A stretch of DNA of 41,423 nt from a virus (Duplodnaviria; Caudoviricetes): positions 1 through 41,423 of IMG/VR virus record IMGVR_UViG_3300017655_000068. One strand, 5' to 3'. Positions 24,711-33,777 of this stretch are shown piece after piece (position 1 is the stretch's first letter; each line of letters opens with the position of its first letter). The position numbers and the translations under genes are program-made. Under the pieces are notes generated by a model. That model was given only the letters and a program-made list of their open reading frames with translations. It searched no databases and was not told the DNA's origin.

Positions 24711-25980
24711 TATCCGCATTCTCCTTTCTCGCTCGAATAGTTACGTGAGGCTCGATGGTCTTTCGGATATATTCGTTTTCTATAAACGGAGTCTGAACGA
24801 TTTGCTTACCGTCAGGCGTCAGATAAATCGCCCGTCCTTTTATTTTCGGCAAGGATTCCGCTCCGTCTTCGTCAAGTACGACATTACTTGCTATCGACGT
24901 TTGTAACCGGAAGCACACTTTCGTATCAGCATTCTGTTTGATTTGTCTCGGTAACGTGTCGGCGGTCGGATATTGCGTACAGAAGATTAACCGATAGCCA
25001 AGTCCGCCTCCAACTTGCGCAATCTTTGCGAGTATCGTTTCGCATTCAATCCGCATCTTCCTTTCGTCCGTGTCCGTTATTCCTTTACTCGCTAATTGCG
25101 CCGCTTCGTCTACTACGATAAAGTGTCGTCGTGGATCTTTCGCTTCTCGGATATCTTCGTAACCTTTGGCGAGATAGTCGGCTTGCTTCTCGGTCATGTC
25201 GTCGAGTATCGCTCTTAGAGCGTCAAGACTTTCGGATACATCTTTCGCAATCGTTTCGACTTGCTTTGCGCCATTATATCGGGCAAACGTTAAGCCGCCT
25301 TTTAAATCGATAAGCGTAAATTTAACGTCGTTAGGCTTGCGTGCGATTAGCGATGTTATGGCGTTTTTAAGAAATACCGACTTACCGTAACGAGTTGCGC
25401 CAGCTACGACCATATGTCCGAGTTCCGTGTCATGCGTTATGAAACCTTTCCGCGTCTCCCCTATCGGAATCTCCCACGACTTACACCGCCCGAGTAGTTC
25501 GTCGCTAAACGGAACAAACTCGGCAAGCGCTTCGTTATAAACGCGGATCTTCAGCATGCCGTCGAATTCCATTTCGATTTCCTTGCGACCGTGCGAGCGC
25601 TTTTTAATGAGTTTACGTATTTGTTCGACGATATCTTTCGGATGCTTGCGCCAATTTATCGCTTTGAAGTCGCTGAGTGATACGTTTATCACCGACCTTT
25701 TTACGTTTAAGCCATCCTGGAAATTACTCCGCTTATTTTCGAAGTCAGCGAACGAAAGTCCTAACGGAATCTGATAAACGTATTCGACGTAGCTGTCCGT
25801 TTTAGTCCGACGGAATATTCGAATCTTTCGTTTTAAATCACCGTCCTTTACGATGAGTCCGCAAGCAGCCGCGATTTTTTCTATTTTTCGGTGATCGTCT
25901 CCGCCGCTTCCGTTCTTCTTTAAATGTGCACCGGCAACTATACCGCCCATTGCTAGCGATGAAATTATTTCGATAATCAA
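24646..25980 (-). CDS. FtsK/SpoIIIE-family ATPase
   Basis: HMVVAGATRYGKS, LIDLKGG, IVVDEAA, CTQYP, GAESL..IKGRA; TTG start behind GGAGG. Confidence 0.9.
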   Translation of the reverse strand: MIIEIISSLAMGGIVAGAHLKKNGSGGDDHRKIEKIAAACGLIVKDGDLKRKIRIFRRTKTDSYVEYVYQIPLGLSFADFENKRSNFQDGLNVKRSVINVSLSDFKAINWRKHPKDIVEQIRKLIKKRSHGRKEIEMEFDGMLKIRVYNEALAEFVPFSDELLGRCKSWEIPIGETRKGFITHDTELGHMVVAGATRYGKSVFLKNAITSLIARKPNDVKFTLIDLKGGLTFARYNGAKQVETIAKDVSESLDALRAILDDMTEKQADYLAKGYEDIREAKDPRRHFIVVDEAAQLASKGITDTDERKMRIECETILAKIAQVGGGLGYRLIFCTQYPTADTLPRQIKQNADTKVCFRLQTSIASNVVLDEDGAESLPKIKGRAIYLTPDGKQIVQTPFIENEYIRKTIEPHVTIRARKENADNEGGNKTGATGGSYTLIVEDA

Positions 25981-26250
25981 AAGCGCCACCTCCACCGTTT
26001 ATATTCGAAGAATAGTTCCGCTTATTTCGCCATGATTTAACGTGCCTAGCGCTTGATCTGACGGGTTTTAGCTTGGCGATATACCTAACGAACCTTGACG
26101 AACAATAAGCGCTAATTTGCGACGTTGGATACGTCATTTGTTTTGTATGTTATATCGTATTAGCGACTGTTCGTCCGTTATGCCATTATTTTTGCCACGT
26201 TTAACAAATGTAATTTTCGGACAGACTGACGGATAAAAAGAGCGAAGGGA

Positions 26251-26484
26251 TTGGCGAGTATGTTCGGACTAGGAAAACCGCGCAGTAAATTCGGAAAGTG
26301 GTTAGATCGAAAAGGTTTAAAGCAAACGGAAATAGCGAAGAAGGCGAAGATAAGTACAGCGACGATGACGAGGATTTGCGATGATTCGAAGCATGTGCCG
26401 AAGATTTCTACGTGGGTTAAAGTGGAGCGAGCGTTAAAGTCGATGGGCCACGACGTTGACCGCGATAAGTTTTTCGATATATAA
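26251..26484 (+). CDS. XRE-family HTH regulator divergent from FtsK module
   Basis: MFGLGKPRSKFGKWLD...KQTEIAKKAKISTATMTRIC; start may be ATG 26260. Confidence 0.85.
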   Translation: MASMFGLGKPRSKFGKWLDRKGLKQTEIAKKAKISTATMTRICDDSKHVPKISTWVKVERALKSMGHDVDRDKFFDI

Positions 26485-26488
26485 ACGC

Positions 26489-26524
26489 AAAAAAAAGGCG
26501 CCCGACCGTTAAGCCGAAGCGCCT
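26489..26524 (-). terminator. Intrinsic terminator (probably bidirectional)
   Basis: Minus AGGCGC...GCGCCT followed by a long T tract. Confidence 0.75.
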
Positions 26525-26531
26525 CGTTATT

Positions 26532-26852
26532 TTATCGCCAATTAATCACCGTTAGTTGACGGCATTTAGGACAATCGAAGTTTTCTTTCGTTTTCAATAC
26601 TTTCGTACGTTTTCCGCAGTGAGCGCATTTAACTTGCTGGAATCCTTGCGCTCCGATAATTAAGCCTACCGACATAACCATTAACGGAAATCCGATAAGT
26701 ATTCCGATAATCGTCAGACATAAAGCCGCGCCAATAATGACGCCAAAGATTCCGAGTGAAACTCCGATGAATTTACCGACTGCTCCGGCCGGTGTCTTTT
26801 TCTTTACGACATCTATCGTTTTGAACGTTGAACTTGCGCTTGCTTCCGTCAT
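26532..26852 (-). CDS. Membrane protein with C-terminal zinc ribbon
   Basis: Two TM helices (LCLTIIGILIGFPL), CAHC...CPKC. Confidence 0.78.
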   Translation of the reverse strand: MTEASASSTFKTIDVVKKKTPAGAVGKFIGVSLGIFGVIIGAALCLTIIGILIGFPLMVMSVGLIIGAQGFQQVKCAHCGKRTKVLKTKENFDCPKCRQLTVINWR

Positions 26853-26970
26853 TGTAATCCGCCCCTTTTCGTTTGGTATTATTATACTATATTTCCGGTG
26901 ATTACCGCTACGTTAAATATGTATGCGAAGCCTTACGGTGTAATACGCAAGAGCTTCGTAAAAGTTTCGT

Positions 26971-27228
26971 TTACTTAGTCGTACCTTCCCGTTTTGTACC
27001 GAGTTCGAAGAGTCCTGTCGCAGCTAATCCCGCAAACCCTCCGGCCCACAACCGCAGAACCGTATCTAAATCCGTAAATGGGTACGCGATGTAGCCTAAC
27101 GCAATTCCGAGCAAGAAACTTACTAACGGTATTATATTAACCGGTAAATTAACTGTCTTTTTAACGAGGTGGACTAACGCGGTGAGAATCGGAGCTAACA
27201 CCGTTGCAAACAATAATACTTCTTCCAT
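26971..27228 (-). CDS. Holin
   Basis: Three TM segments, LWAGGFAGLAATGLFE; coupled to endolysin. Confidence 0.88.
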   Translation of the reverse strand: MEEVLLFATVLAPILTALVHLVKKTVNLPVNIIPLVSFLLGIALGYIAYPFTDLDTVLRLWAGGFAGLAATGLFELGTKREGTTK

Positions 27229-28235
27229 TACGAAAGCACCTCCGCTAGTTTATTTTTCGTCTTAGGTCCGTAAACACCGTCATCAGCTAAGTCGGCATAC
27301 ATCGATTGGAATCGGCGTACGGCATCTTCCGTATTACCTCCGTAAATTCCGTCGATAGTACCAGGATCGAAGTTAGCCGCTTTAAGCGCTCGTTGTAGTT
27401 GCTTAACGGAATTGCCACGGTCGCCTCTACGTAATACTCCGCCAGGTAACGGGTAGCTAGACGACTTGATCGCCTTCTTAATCGGAGCATTTTTCGCAAG
27501 CGCCGCTAACGTATTCGGACCGACGATTCCGTCCACCGATAAGCCGTGCGCTTTCTGGAACGCTTTGACCGCCGTTTCTGTTGCCGGACCGAAGTCGCCG
27601 TCTAATGCGATATTGTGACCGTGCTTTTTAAGTTCGGACTGTACGGCACGAACCTCCGCACCTTTATCGCCTCTTCGTAAAAGTATCTGTTTAGGCGCAA
27701 CGACCACTTCGGACTTAACTTCCGTTTTAGGCGCTGATACCGTAACGCTTCCGCTAGCCTTTCCGTTAATTATCGCTTTGAAATCGAAACAACAGCAGTC
27801 TTTCCAAGCATATCCCGGAAATTCGCGATGCTCTCTAGTACGATTGTACTTCGTCATATCGCGTTTTAAACAGTCGTGTAACGCTTTTAAGCTCGCCTTT
27901 TGTTGGTCCGTAGGTTCTTCGCTACGGAAATCTCCGACTACGCAGATGCCAACCGCGAATTTGTTTGAATTACCGACGTGATACGATTTAATTCCGAGAT
28001 TATGATTCCATTCAATCGTGCCGTCTTTTAAGATAACGAAGTGATACGCAACTCCCGGCCATCCGAGACTTCCTACGTGATAGTTTGCGAAGGCCGCGCT
28101 ATTCCCCGTTTTAGTTAACGAGTGGTGAATCGCAATATCCGTCTTACTATTTACGCCATAATCCGTATATGAACCTTTACGTTTCGTCTTGCCTCGTAAG
28201 TCCTTTAACTTCGCTAATTTTTCGAAGCTTGCCAT
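27228..28235 (-). CDS. N-acetylmuramoyl-L-alanine amidase endolysin with two peptidoglycan-binding domains
   Basis: IAIHHS, YHFVI, HVG, HREF..KDC; two LRRGD.G...DG.G..T..AV..FQ repeats. Confidence 0.94.
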   Translation of the reverse strand: MASFEKLAKLKDLRGKTKRKGSYTDYGVNSKTDIAIHHSLTKTGNSAAFANYHVGSLGWPGVAYHFVILKDGTIEWNHNLGIKSYHVGNSNKFAVGICVVGDFRSEEPTDQQKASLKALHDCLKRDMTKYNRTREHREFPGYAWKDCCCFDFKAIINGKASGSVTVSAPKTEVKSEVVVAPKQILLRRGDKGAEVRAVQSELKKHGHNIALDGDFGPATETAVKAFQKAHGLSVDGIVGPNTLAALAKNAPIKKAIKSSSYPLPGGVLRRGDRGNSVKQLQRALKAANFDPGTIDGIYGGNTEDAVRRFQSMYADLADDGVYGPKTKNKLAEVLS

Positions 28236-28326
28236 TGTCCAACCGCTTCCTTTCGTTTATAATTTATCTAAGGTCGGCGCCGCGTTTTGTAACGTAGCCA
28301 ACGGACAGTCGCGGCGACCGACTGGC

Positions 28327-28593
28327 TTATGTGAAAACTGCGATTCCTATCGAAACAAGGATCGCTGCTACCGTTAGGATCGTCCCCCAAACCCATTTGC
28401 CGTTCGCCTGCATGTCGCGAATGTCTTGTCGGTTCTCTTCCGATAAAGCTAGCGCCTTATCTGCCTTAGCTTCCGCTTCTTCCGCCGTACTTTTAACTTC
28501 GTTAAAGTAGTCAACTTTCGTATCAATTCGCACTAACCATTCGCGTATGTCTGCGATTTTTTCGTTAAGCTCATGCCCGCTTGGCTCCGACAT
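28327..28593 (-). CDS. XhlA-like lysis protein
   Basis: Coiled coil followed by KWVWGTIL TM helix; upstream of endolysin. Confidence 0.78.
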   Translation of the reverse strand: MSEPSGHELNEKIADIREWLVRIDTKVDYFNEVKSTAEEAEAKADKALALSEENRQDIRDMQANGKWVWGTILTVAAILVSIGIAVFT

Positions 28594-28619
28594 TGTTTGC
28601 GCCTCCTTTTCGGCAAATT

Positions 28620-28644
28620 AAAAAAAGCCACCGCAAGGGTGACT
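28620..28644 (-). terminator. Intrinsic terminator after moron
   Basis: Minus AGTCACC-cttgc-GGTGGCT-TTTTTT. Confidence 0.7.
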
Positions 28645-28688
28645 TCGTGATTTTAGTTACTGCGCATTTTTCTCCAATTCAACATTAA

Positions 28689-29183
28689 CTATTTTATAAT
28701 ATTCCTAGCTGGCACACCTACTGCGGTTGCTTTAGCAGGAACATCCTTAATAACAACTGCGTTTGCACCTATTATGGCACCATCACCAATTGTTACTGGA
28801 CCAATGATCTTAGCCCCTGTGAAAATAGTAACGTTATTACCAATAACAGGCGCAGATACAGCCTTATGCTTATTTGCTTCTTTATAAGCTTCATCAAAAT
28901 TCCCCAGACCATGCCCACCAATAGTGACTTGATGATAAACAGTTACGTTGTCGCCTATCTTTGCATGATGGTGGATAACAACACCCTTCCCACCGTGAGC
29001 CAATATAAGACCCTTTCCTATATCTGTTTCTGCGGGAATCTCTGTACCTAAAATAAAATCTATTAAAAATTTATTCCAGATTTTATAAAGCATCCATAAG
29101 AAATTGTCTACAAATACTAATTTTCTTTTGTTTAATATCCATTTTCCAAACTTTAAATTTAAAATAATAAAATTACTTCTCAC
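28689..29183 (-). CDS. Hexapeptide-repeat O-acetyltransferase (CysE-like)
   Basis: IGKGLILAHG..GVVI, HQVTIG, IGANAVVIKDVP, VGVPAR. Confidence 0.88.
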   Translation of the reverse strand: MRSNFIILNLKFGKWILNKRKLVFVDNFLWMLYKIWNKFLIDFILGTEIPAETDIGKGLILAHGGKGVVIHHHAKIGDNVTVYHQVTIGGHGLGNFDEAYKEANKHKAVSAPVIGNNVTIFTGAKIIGPVTIGDGAIIGANAVVIKDVPAKATAVGVPARNIIK

Positions 29184-29199
29184 GTCATTTCCACCTATA

Positions 29200-30039
29200 T
29201 TAAGATTCTGTAATTAAAGTTAATTCTCTGCCTAGATAACGCCACATTTCGTCGTATCCTTTTTGCACAGGATGAGATCCTGTTGTTTCAAACATTTTAT
29301 CCAATTCAATGTTATTATTCTTCGAGTATTCCATCAAATGATCATAAAATGAAATGTAATTATAACACTGATCTTCACAAATAGCTTTAACAACTTTGTT
29401 TATCTCATCCATACCAAATGAGAATCTGTTATCGTTTAAAGTAGGTGGGGGACAAAGGACATACATTAATTTTGAGTTGTTACTTATATTGTCAAGTAAT
29501 TCTTCTAGGTTTGTTTTGTATTCATCTAAAGAAGAAGAATCCCATCTATCATTTGTGCCCAGCATTACAAATACTATATCCTCATTATTGTTGATTAAAT
29601 AATCTTTGTTAGTGTTAACCCATTTAGCAGATTTTCCACCAATTCCACAATTGATTAAATCTACACTTGGAAAATTTTTATTAACGTAGTGTCGAAAATA
29701 ATTACTCCAAGACAAGATTGTATGATGTGGTTCGTAATAAACTTCTCCTTTTTTATTATCGAATATTACCTTACTTTTCTTATTTTCGTAATAACTTAAC
29801 ACTCCTACACCAGCAGTAATACTATCACCAATTAATTTTATCCTTTTAACGTCTCCGGCCGATAATCTTTTATATAATTCACTGTATTGAGTCGTATTTT
29901 CTGATACTTCTTGACTACGTTCAATTGCATTATACTTTTTAGTTAATAATAGCCTTTTGGCTTTTTCACTTTTCCAAAAAGTATAATGCAATGATTTTTT
30001 CATTACTTTTCGACTAAATTTCTTGACTTCAGTATACAA
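29200..30039 (-). CDS. SGNH/GDSL hydrolase
   Basis: GDSIT, NCGIGG, LGTND, SHP..GY; TTG start behind AGGAGG. Confidence 0.88.
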   Translation of the reverse strand: MYTEVKKFSRKVMKKSLHYTFWKSEKAKRLLLTKKYNAIERSQEVSENTTQYSELYKRLSAGDVKRIKLIGDSITAGVGVLSYYENKKSKVIFDNKKGEVYYEPHHTILSWSNYFRHYVNKNFPSVDLINCGIGGKSAKWVNTNKDYLINNNEDIVFVMLGTNDRWDSSSLDEYKTNLEELLDNISNNSKLMYVLCPPPTLNDNRFSFGMDEINKVVKAICEDQCYNYISFYDHLMEYSKNNNIELDKMFETTGSHPVQKGYDEMWRYLGRELTLITES

Positions 30040-30125
30040 GAACTTTCCTCCTAAACCTATTATTACCAATATATTATAATAGATAGGAATTGAGGTCTAT
30101 GAAAATTTGAATATTTTATCCTAAT

Positions 30126-31454
30126 TTAAAAAGGTAGAACCTTGATTTTACAATTGTAGTTTGCACCTGAAGCCCAAGGGATTCGCAAATATGTCCCAGT
30201 GCTTTTCTTTATTGGGCAAGGGTAAATCTTGTTAGTTGATGCCCACGAGATATAAGGTTGGTCTGCATCTTTAGCGTAATAACCACCTAATCCAAAGTTA
30301 TTATTGATTTCTTGAATCATTTTAAAAGTACGGTCATGTGCCATAAATTCAAGACGATTTACTTTTACGTTTGTAATGGTTCCCGATGCTGAATTTATTG
30401 TAACTACTTTTGTGTTCCCGTCAGTACCCGACATTCTACATTGAGCAGCAGCACCATGAGCACCGTCCATCGCCATGATAAATCCATACCAAATATTAAT
30501 ATCAATATCTTCTCTTGCTTCAATAAACATATCTACATCCATCACAAGAGGTTCTTTGAAACGGTACTCAACATCTAAGTTTAATACCTCACGCCCTCCT
30601 CCCGTTGAAAGCATGGTGTTGTAGGCTTGAACTCTTTGCTGTGCCTTAATATAAACATCATCAGCATAATAGGAGCCTGCCGTTGTGACTGTTGTTTTTA
30701 TGTTGTCATAAAAGATGTCTAGGATATAGTTTTTTGCAGTTGCTAATACTGTGTTTGGTGAAAGTGCTCCAATACCTCCGTTATAATCATGAAATCCACC
30801 TGTAAAACGAAAACTTGTATCTTTGTCTACCCAATCACCAGTAGCGTTTGCGACTGCTTTTACGACAAACGGTGATATAAAATCTGTCCCACCACTTAAT
30901 TTAGGTGTTCCGATAGAGGTAAAATCATTTGAAGGGTACTTATCAGTATTGCTAAACAGGTATATCCTTGTGAATTGCCATGTGCCATTTACATTCAAAT
31001 TAGTAAATTCAAAACGGATGTCTTGTGTTGAGTTTAACCGCATACCCACATAGATTTTTGAAGAAGATACGTATAGAACAAACTTCTTTTTGCTTCCTTT
31101 GGTTTGAAGCGTTGAAACATCTGTTTGGTTCGCTTTGTCTGCCAACTGCGCATCAACTGCATCCGCACGCTTCCCCGCCGTCTGATACGTTTGCCCCGTA
31201 ACGGAACTCGTGCGGAAGTCCACTAATTCCGAAATAGACGGATTCTCATTCGTCATATTCGCAATCTGTTCGTCATATTTCGTCTCTAGTTGCGCCTGTC
31301 TTACTTCCGTAGTTTTGCTACGCTCATTAGATTCTTCGGAAATCTCGGCGGACTTTTCGATACCTTCCGCCAAGGACTCCCGTACCTCCGCACCATAAAT
31401 TTTCGTACGTATATCATCCGCTAACCTTTTTATCGTTTCCGGTATTTTCGCCAT
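30126..31454 (-). CDS. Tail fibre / receptor-binding protein
   Basis: Follows Tal; N-terminal IRTKIYGAEVRESLA anchor and coiled coil, beta-rich variable C-terminus. Confidence 0.7.
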   Translation of the reverse strand: MAKIPETIKRLADDIRTKIYGAEVRESLAEGIEKSAEISEESNERSKTTEVRQAQLETKYDEQIANMTNENPSISELVDFRTSSVTGQTYQTAGKRADAVDAQLADKANQTDVSTLQTKGSKKKFVLYVSSSKIYVGMRLNSTQDIRFEFTNLNVNGTWQFTRIYLFSNTDKYPSNDFTSIGTPKLSGGTDFISPFVVKAVANATGDWVDKDTSFRFTGGFHDYNGGIGALSPNTVLATAKNYILDIFYDNIKTTVTTAGSYYADDVYIKAQQRVQAYNTMLSTGGGREVLNLDVEYRFKEPLVMDVDMFIEAREDIDINIWYGFIMAMDGAHGAAAQCRMSGTDGNTKVVTINSASGTITNVKVNRLEFMAHDRTFKMIQEINNNFGLGGYYAKDADQPYISWASTNKIYPCPIKKSTGTYLRIPWASGANYNCKIKVLPF

Positions 31455-31527
31455 TAGCACGAACCTCCTTAACTAATTTCTCCGCTAGTTCTTTTACCTC
31501 TTTCGCCAATTCCGCTATCTTAGCCAT
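31414..31527 (-). CDS. Small helical protein (37 aa)
   Basis: Hand-translated MAKIAELAKEVKELAEKLVKEVRANGENTGNDKKVSG; fills gap between Tal and RBP. Confidence 0.4.
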   Translation of the reverse strand: MAKIAELAKEVKELAEKLVKEVRANGENTGNDKKVSG

Positions 31528-33061
31528 TAGTTCCACCGCTTTCGAGCGCAGCCACTCTCGCTTCTAATGCGTCTAAGTCAATCGGATTCACTACCGTAAT
31601 TAAGCCGAGTTTCGCTTTTAGCGCGTCTAAATCTACCGCAGTTAATACGCTAACTAAATCTAATTTCGACTTATCTCCGCTACTCATAAGCCCGTCAGAA
31701 TCGGCGGTCGCACGTTGATAGTTCGGAATAGCATCGATAGCTTCGTTAAGACTGTTTATCGCGTCTTGTAAATCGGATACGGCGTTCTCTAGTGCCGGTA
31801 TGTCGTTTTCCTCTAACGTAATCTGAATCGTCGTTACTGCGTTATTTACGTCGTTAATTTCGTTCTTTAGATTTCCGATAGATTGCGTTTGCCTTTCGAC
31901 CGTCTGCCTAAGCGCGATTACTTCTTGCGCCGATTTATTTCCGGTCTTTTGGTACTCCGTTAATGTTCGCGACTGCTCGCCAAACTTTAGCGATGATTGT
32001 TGCGAATTAGCGATGTCTATTCCCTTTTCGATAATCTGTAGCGATTCTCTATCGACAATGTACGGATTATCTACGTAATACCAATTACCGACGTTAAATC
32101 CTTCAATATCCAATCCGATAAGTGACAGGTCTAGCGCGGTAATATCGTACGTCTCGATAGCCGCTTTCTGTGTCGCCAAGTAATCGTTACCGCGTGCGAG
32201 CAAGTTTGTCGCAATCGTAACATCGTCCCACGTAACTTCGCCTTCAATCACGCCGAATTCCGCTTGCAGGGCTAAATCGTCGAGGTAATCTATTCCGCCG
32301 TTCACTGACGCAATTGTAAGGCGTGGATTAGCCGCGCTATTACTGCCTTCTTCGCTAACTTGCGCACCCAACGGTACCAACCGCGTAATAACGTTAGTAG
32401 GGTCGACGTCTCGCGATATACTTTTCAGATTCCTCCGAATACTTATCGTCGTAGGACTGACTTCCCCTACCGATTCCAAATAGTCGATATATGTTCCGTC
32501 AAGTTCTTCGCGGACGACTAAGTAACCGCCGAGCCGGTCGATTAACTTCGACTTAATCGTGTCGTAAGTCTTCGTATAATCTACGTACCTATACACGTTA
32601 TCGGTCGAATTAGTAACCGTGACATTGCCGACTTTGAAACGTTTATGTTCGCTAACCGATTGGTTGTGGCGGTCGATAAGCATGGCGAAGAAATCGCGTA
32701 CCGTCGTATTGTGAACCTCCGCAAATCGTTGCGTTGAATCGTAAAGGTACGCGAGTTTCGATTCGCAATTATACGAATCTACGAACGCACCTCCGTCAGA
32801 CATTTCGTACTGCGGTTGTAATACTCTACCGTCAAACTCGACCGCTCCCGTCTTAGCGTTTGTTACTTTAATTAACGTTGTCATCGGCTTGATTTTCCGA
32901 TAGCCTGGATTCGACGGATTTATCGTAAAACTAAAATCGTCAATGCCTACCAACTTCTGCGTAATACTTCCGCTAGATAATTTAACGCCATCTACGTAAG
33001 GAGAATGGACGACAATGCCGGTCGAATCGTTTGGACCATCGTAAATTTTAACGAGATACAT
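31520..33061 (-). CDS. Tail-associated (Tal / prophage tail endopeptidase-like) protein
   Basis: Follows Dit; FDGRV, NLKSISRDVD..VITRLVPLG, C-terminal coiled coil. Confidence 0.85.
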   Translation of the reverse strand: MYLVKIYDGPNDSTGIVVHSPYVDGVKLSSGSITQKLVGIDDFSFTINPSNPGYRKIKPMTTLIKVTNAKTGAVEFDGRVLQPQYEMSDGGAFVDSYNCESKLAYLYDSTQRFAEVHNTTVRDFFAMLIDRHNQSVSEHKRFKVGNVTVTNSTDNVYRYVDYTKTYDTIKSKLIDRLGGYLVVREELDGTYIDYLESVGEVSPTTISIRRNLKSISRDVDPTNVITRLVPLGAQVSEEGSNSAANPRLTIASVNGGIDYLDDLALQAEFGVIEGEVTWDDVTIATNLLARGNDYLATQKAAIETYDITALDLSLIGLDIEGFNVGNWYYVDNPYIVDRESLQIIEKGIDIANSQQSSLKFGEQSRTLTEYQKTGNKSAQEVIALRQTVERQTQSIGNLKNEINDVNNAVTTIQITLEENDIPALENAVSDLQDAINSLNEAIDAIPNYQRATADSDGLMSSGDKSKLDLVSVLTAVDLDALKAKLGLITVVNPIDLDALEARVAALESGGTNG

Positions 33062-33774
33062 TAAGCCATTACCTCCTTGTAGAATTCGAATTTAATCGTG
33101 CCGGCGCCCGTAATTTTAATCGGATTCTCTCCGACTTCTAACCGGAATAGTTCGTCTTTCGTTGTTCCGCTTGGTACATTAAATATTACGCCGTTCTTTT
33201 CGAGTGACATCGCGCTTGAAGCCGTAATCTGCGGAACTGAACCACGCGAACCTACGTTATACAACGTTATCTCTTTCGAGCCGTTAACTTCGTAAGAAAC
33301 CGTCTGCGCTACGTCAAGTTCGAAGTTAAACGTATCCCATATATCGTTACCTTCCGCTTGCTCTGCGACCATAAACGGATAACAGTCGAAGGTAGCCGAC
33401 ACGACAAGCGCGTTATCGGTATGACTATCCTCGACCGTGACTTCCGTAAACTTTCCGAGCCAGTAATATCCGATGTCGTGCGTATCGTATAACGGTTGTA
33501 TACCCGCCGTCATTAACCACTGCTTTATTTTAATCTCCGCTATTTTACGGCTAGGATACGAACGCTTCGGCAGTAATAATTGATACGTTATATTACGATT
33601 TTCGAAAACGCGCTCGCCGAGTATGCTCGAAAAGTCGTAAACGCCATGCATGAACGGAACGCTTTCGACGATAACCTTTTCGGAAGGCGATGGCGCTTCA
33701 CGTCCGACTAAACGGTAGCCGGATTCCATCGTCGACTTGCCTGCGAACGTAAATCCTTCGTTTATTTCCGCCAT
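33061..33774 (-). CDS. Distal tail protein (Dit)
   Basis: GFTFAGK, SVPFMHG.YDFS, FDCYPF, LEVGEN; follows tape measure. Confidence 0.85.
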   Translation of the reverse strand: MAEINEGFTFAGKSTMESGYRLVGREAPSPSEKVIVESVPFMHGVYDFSSILGERVFENRNITYQLLLPKRSYPSRKIAEIKIKQWLMTAGIQPLYDTHDIGYYWLGKFTEVTVEDSHTDNALVVSATFDCYPFMVAEQAEGNDIWDTFNFELDVAQTVSYEVNGSKEITLYNVGSRGSVPQITASSAMSLEKNGVIFNVPSGTTKDELFRLEVGENPIKITGAGTIKFEFYKEVMA

Positions 33775-33777
33775 GTG

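Noticed and set aside
25838-26137. 99-aa ORF upstream of FtsK
   Set aside because: No RBS, overlaps FtsK out of frame, and the region is better explained as a structured leader
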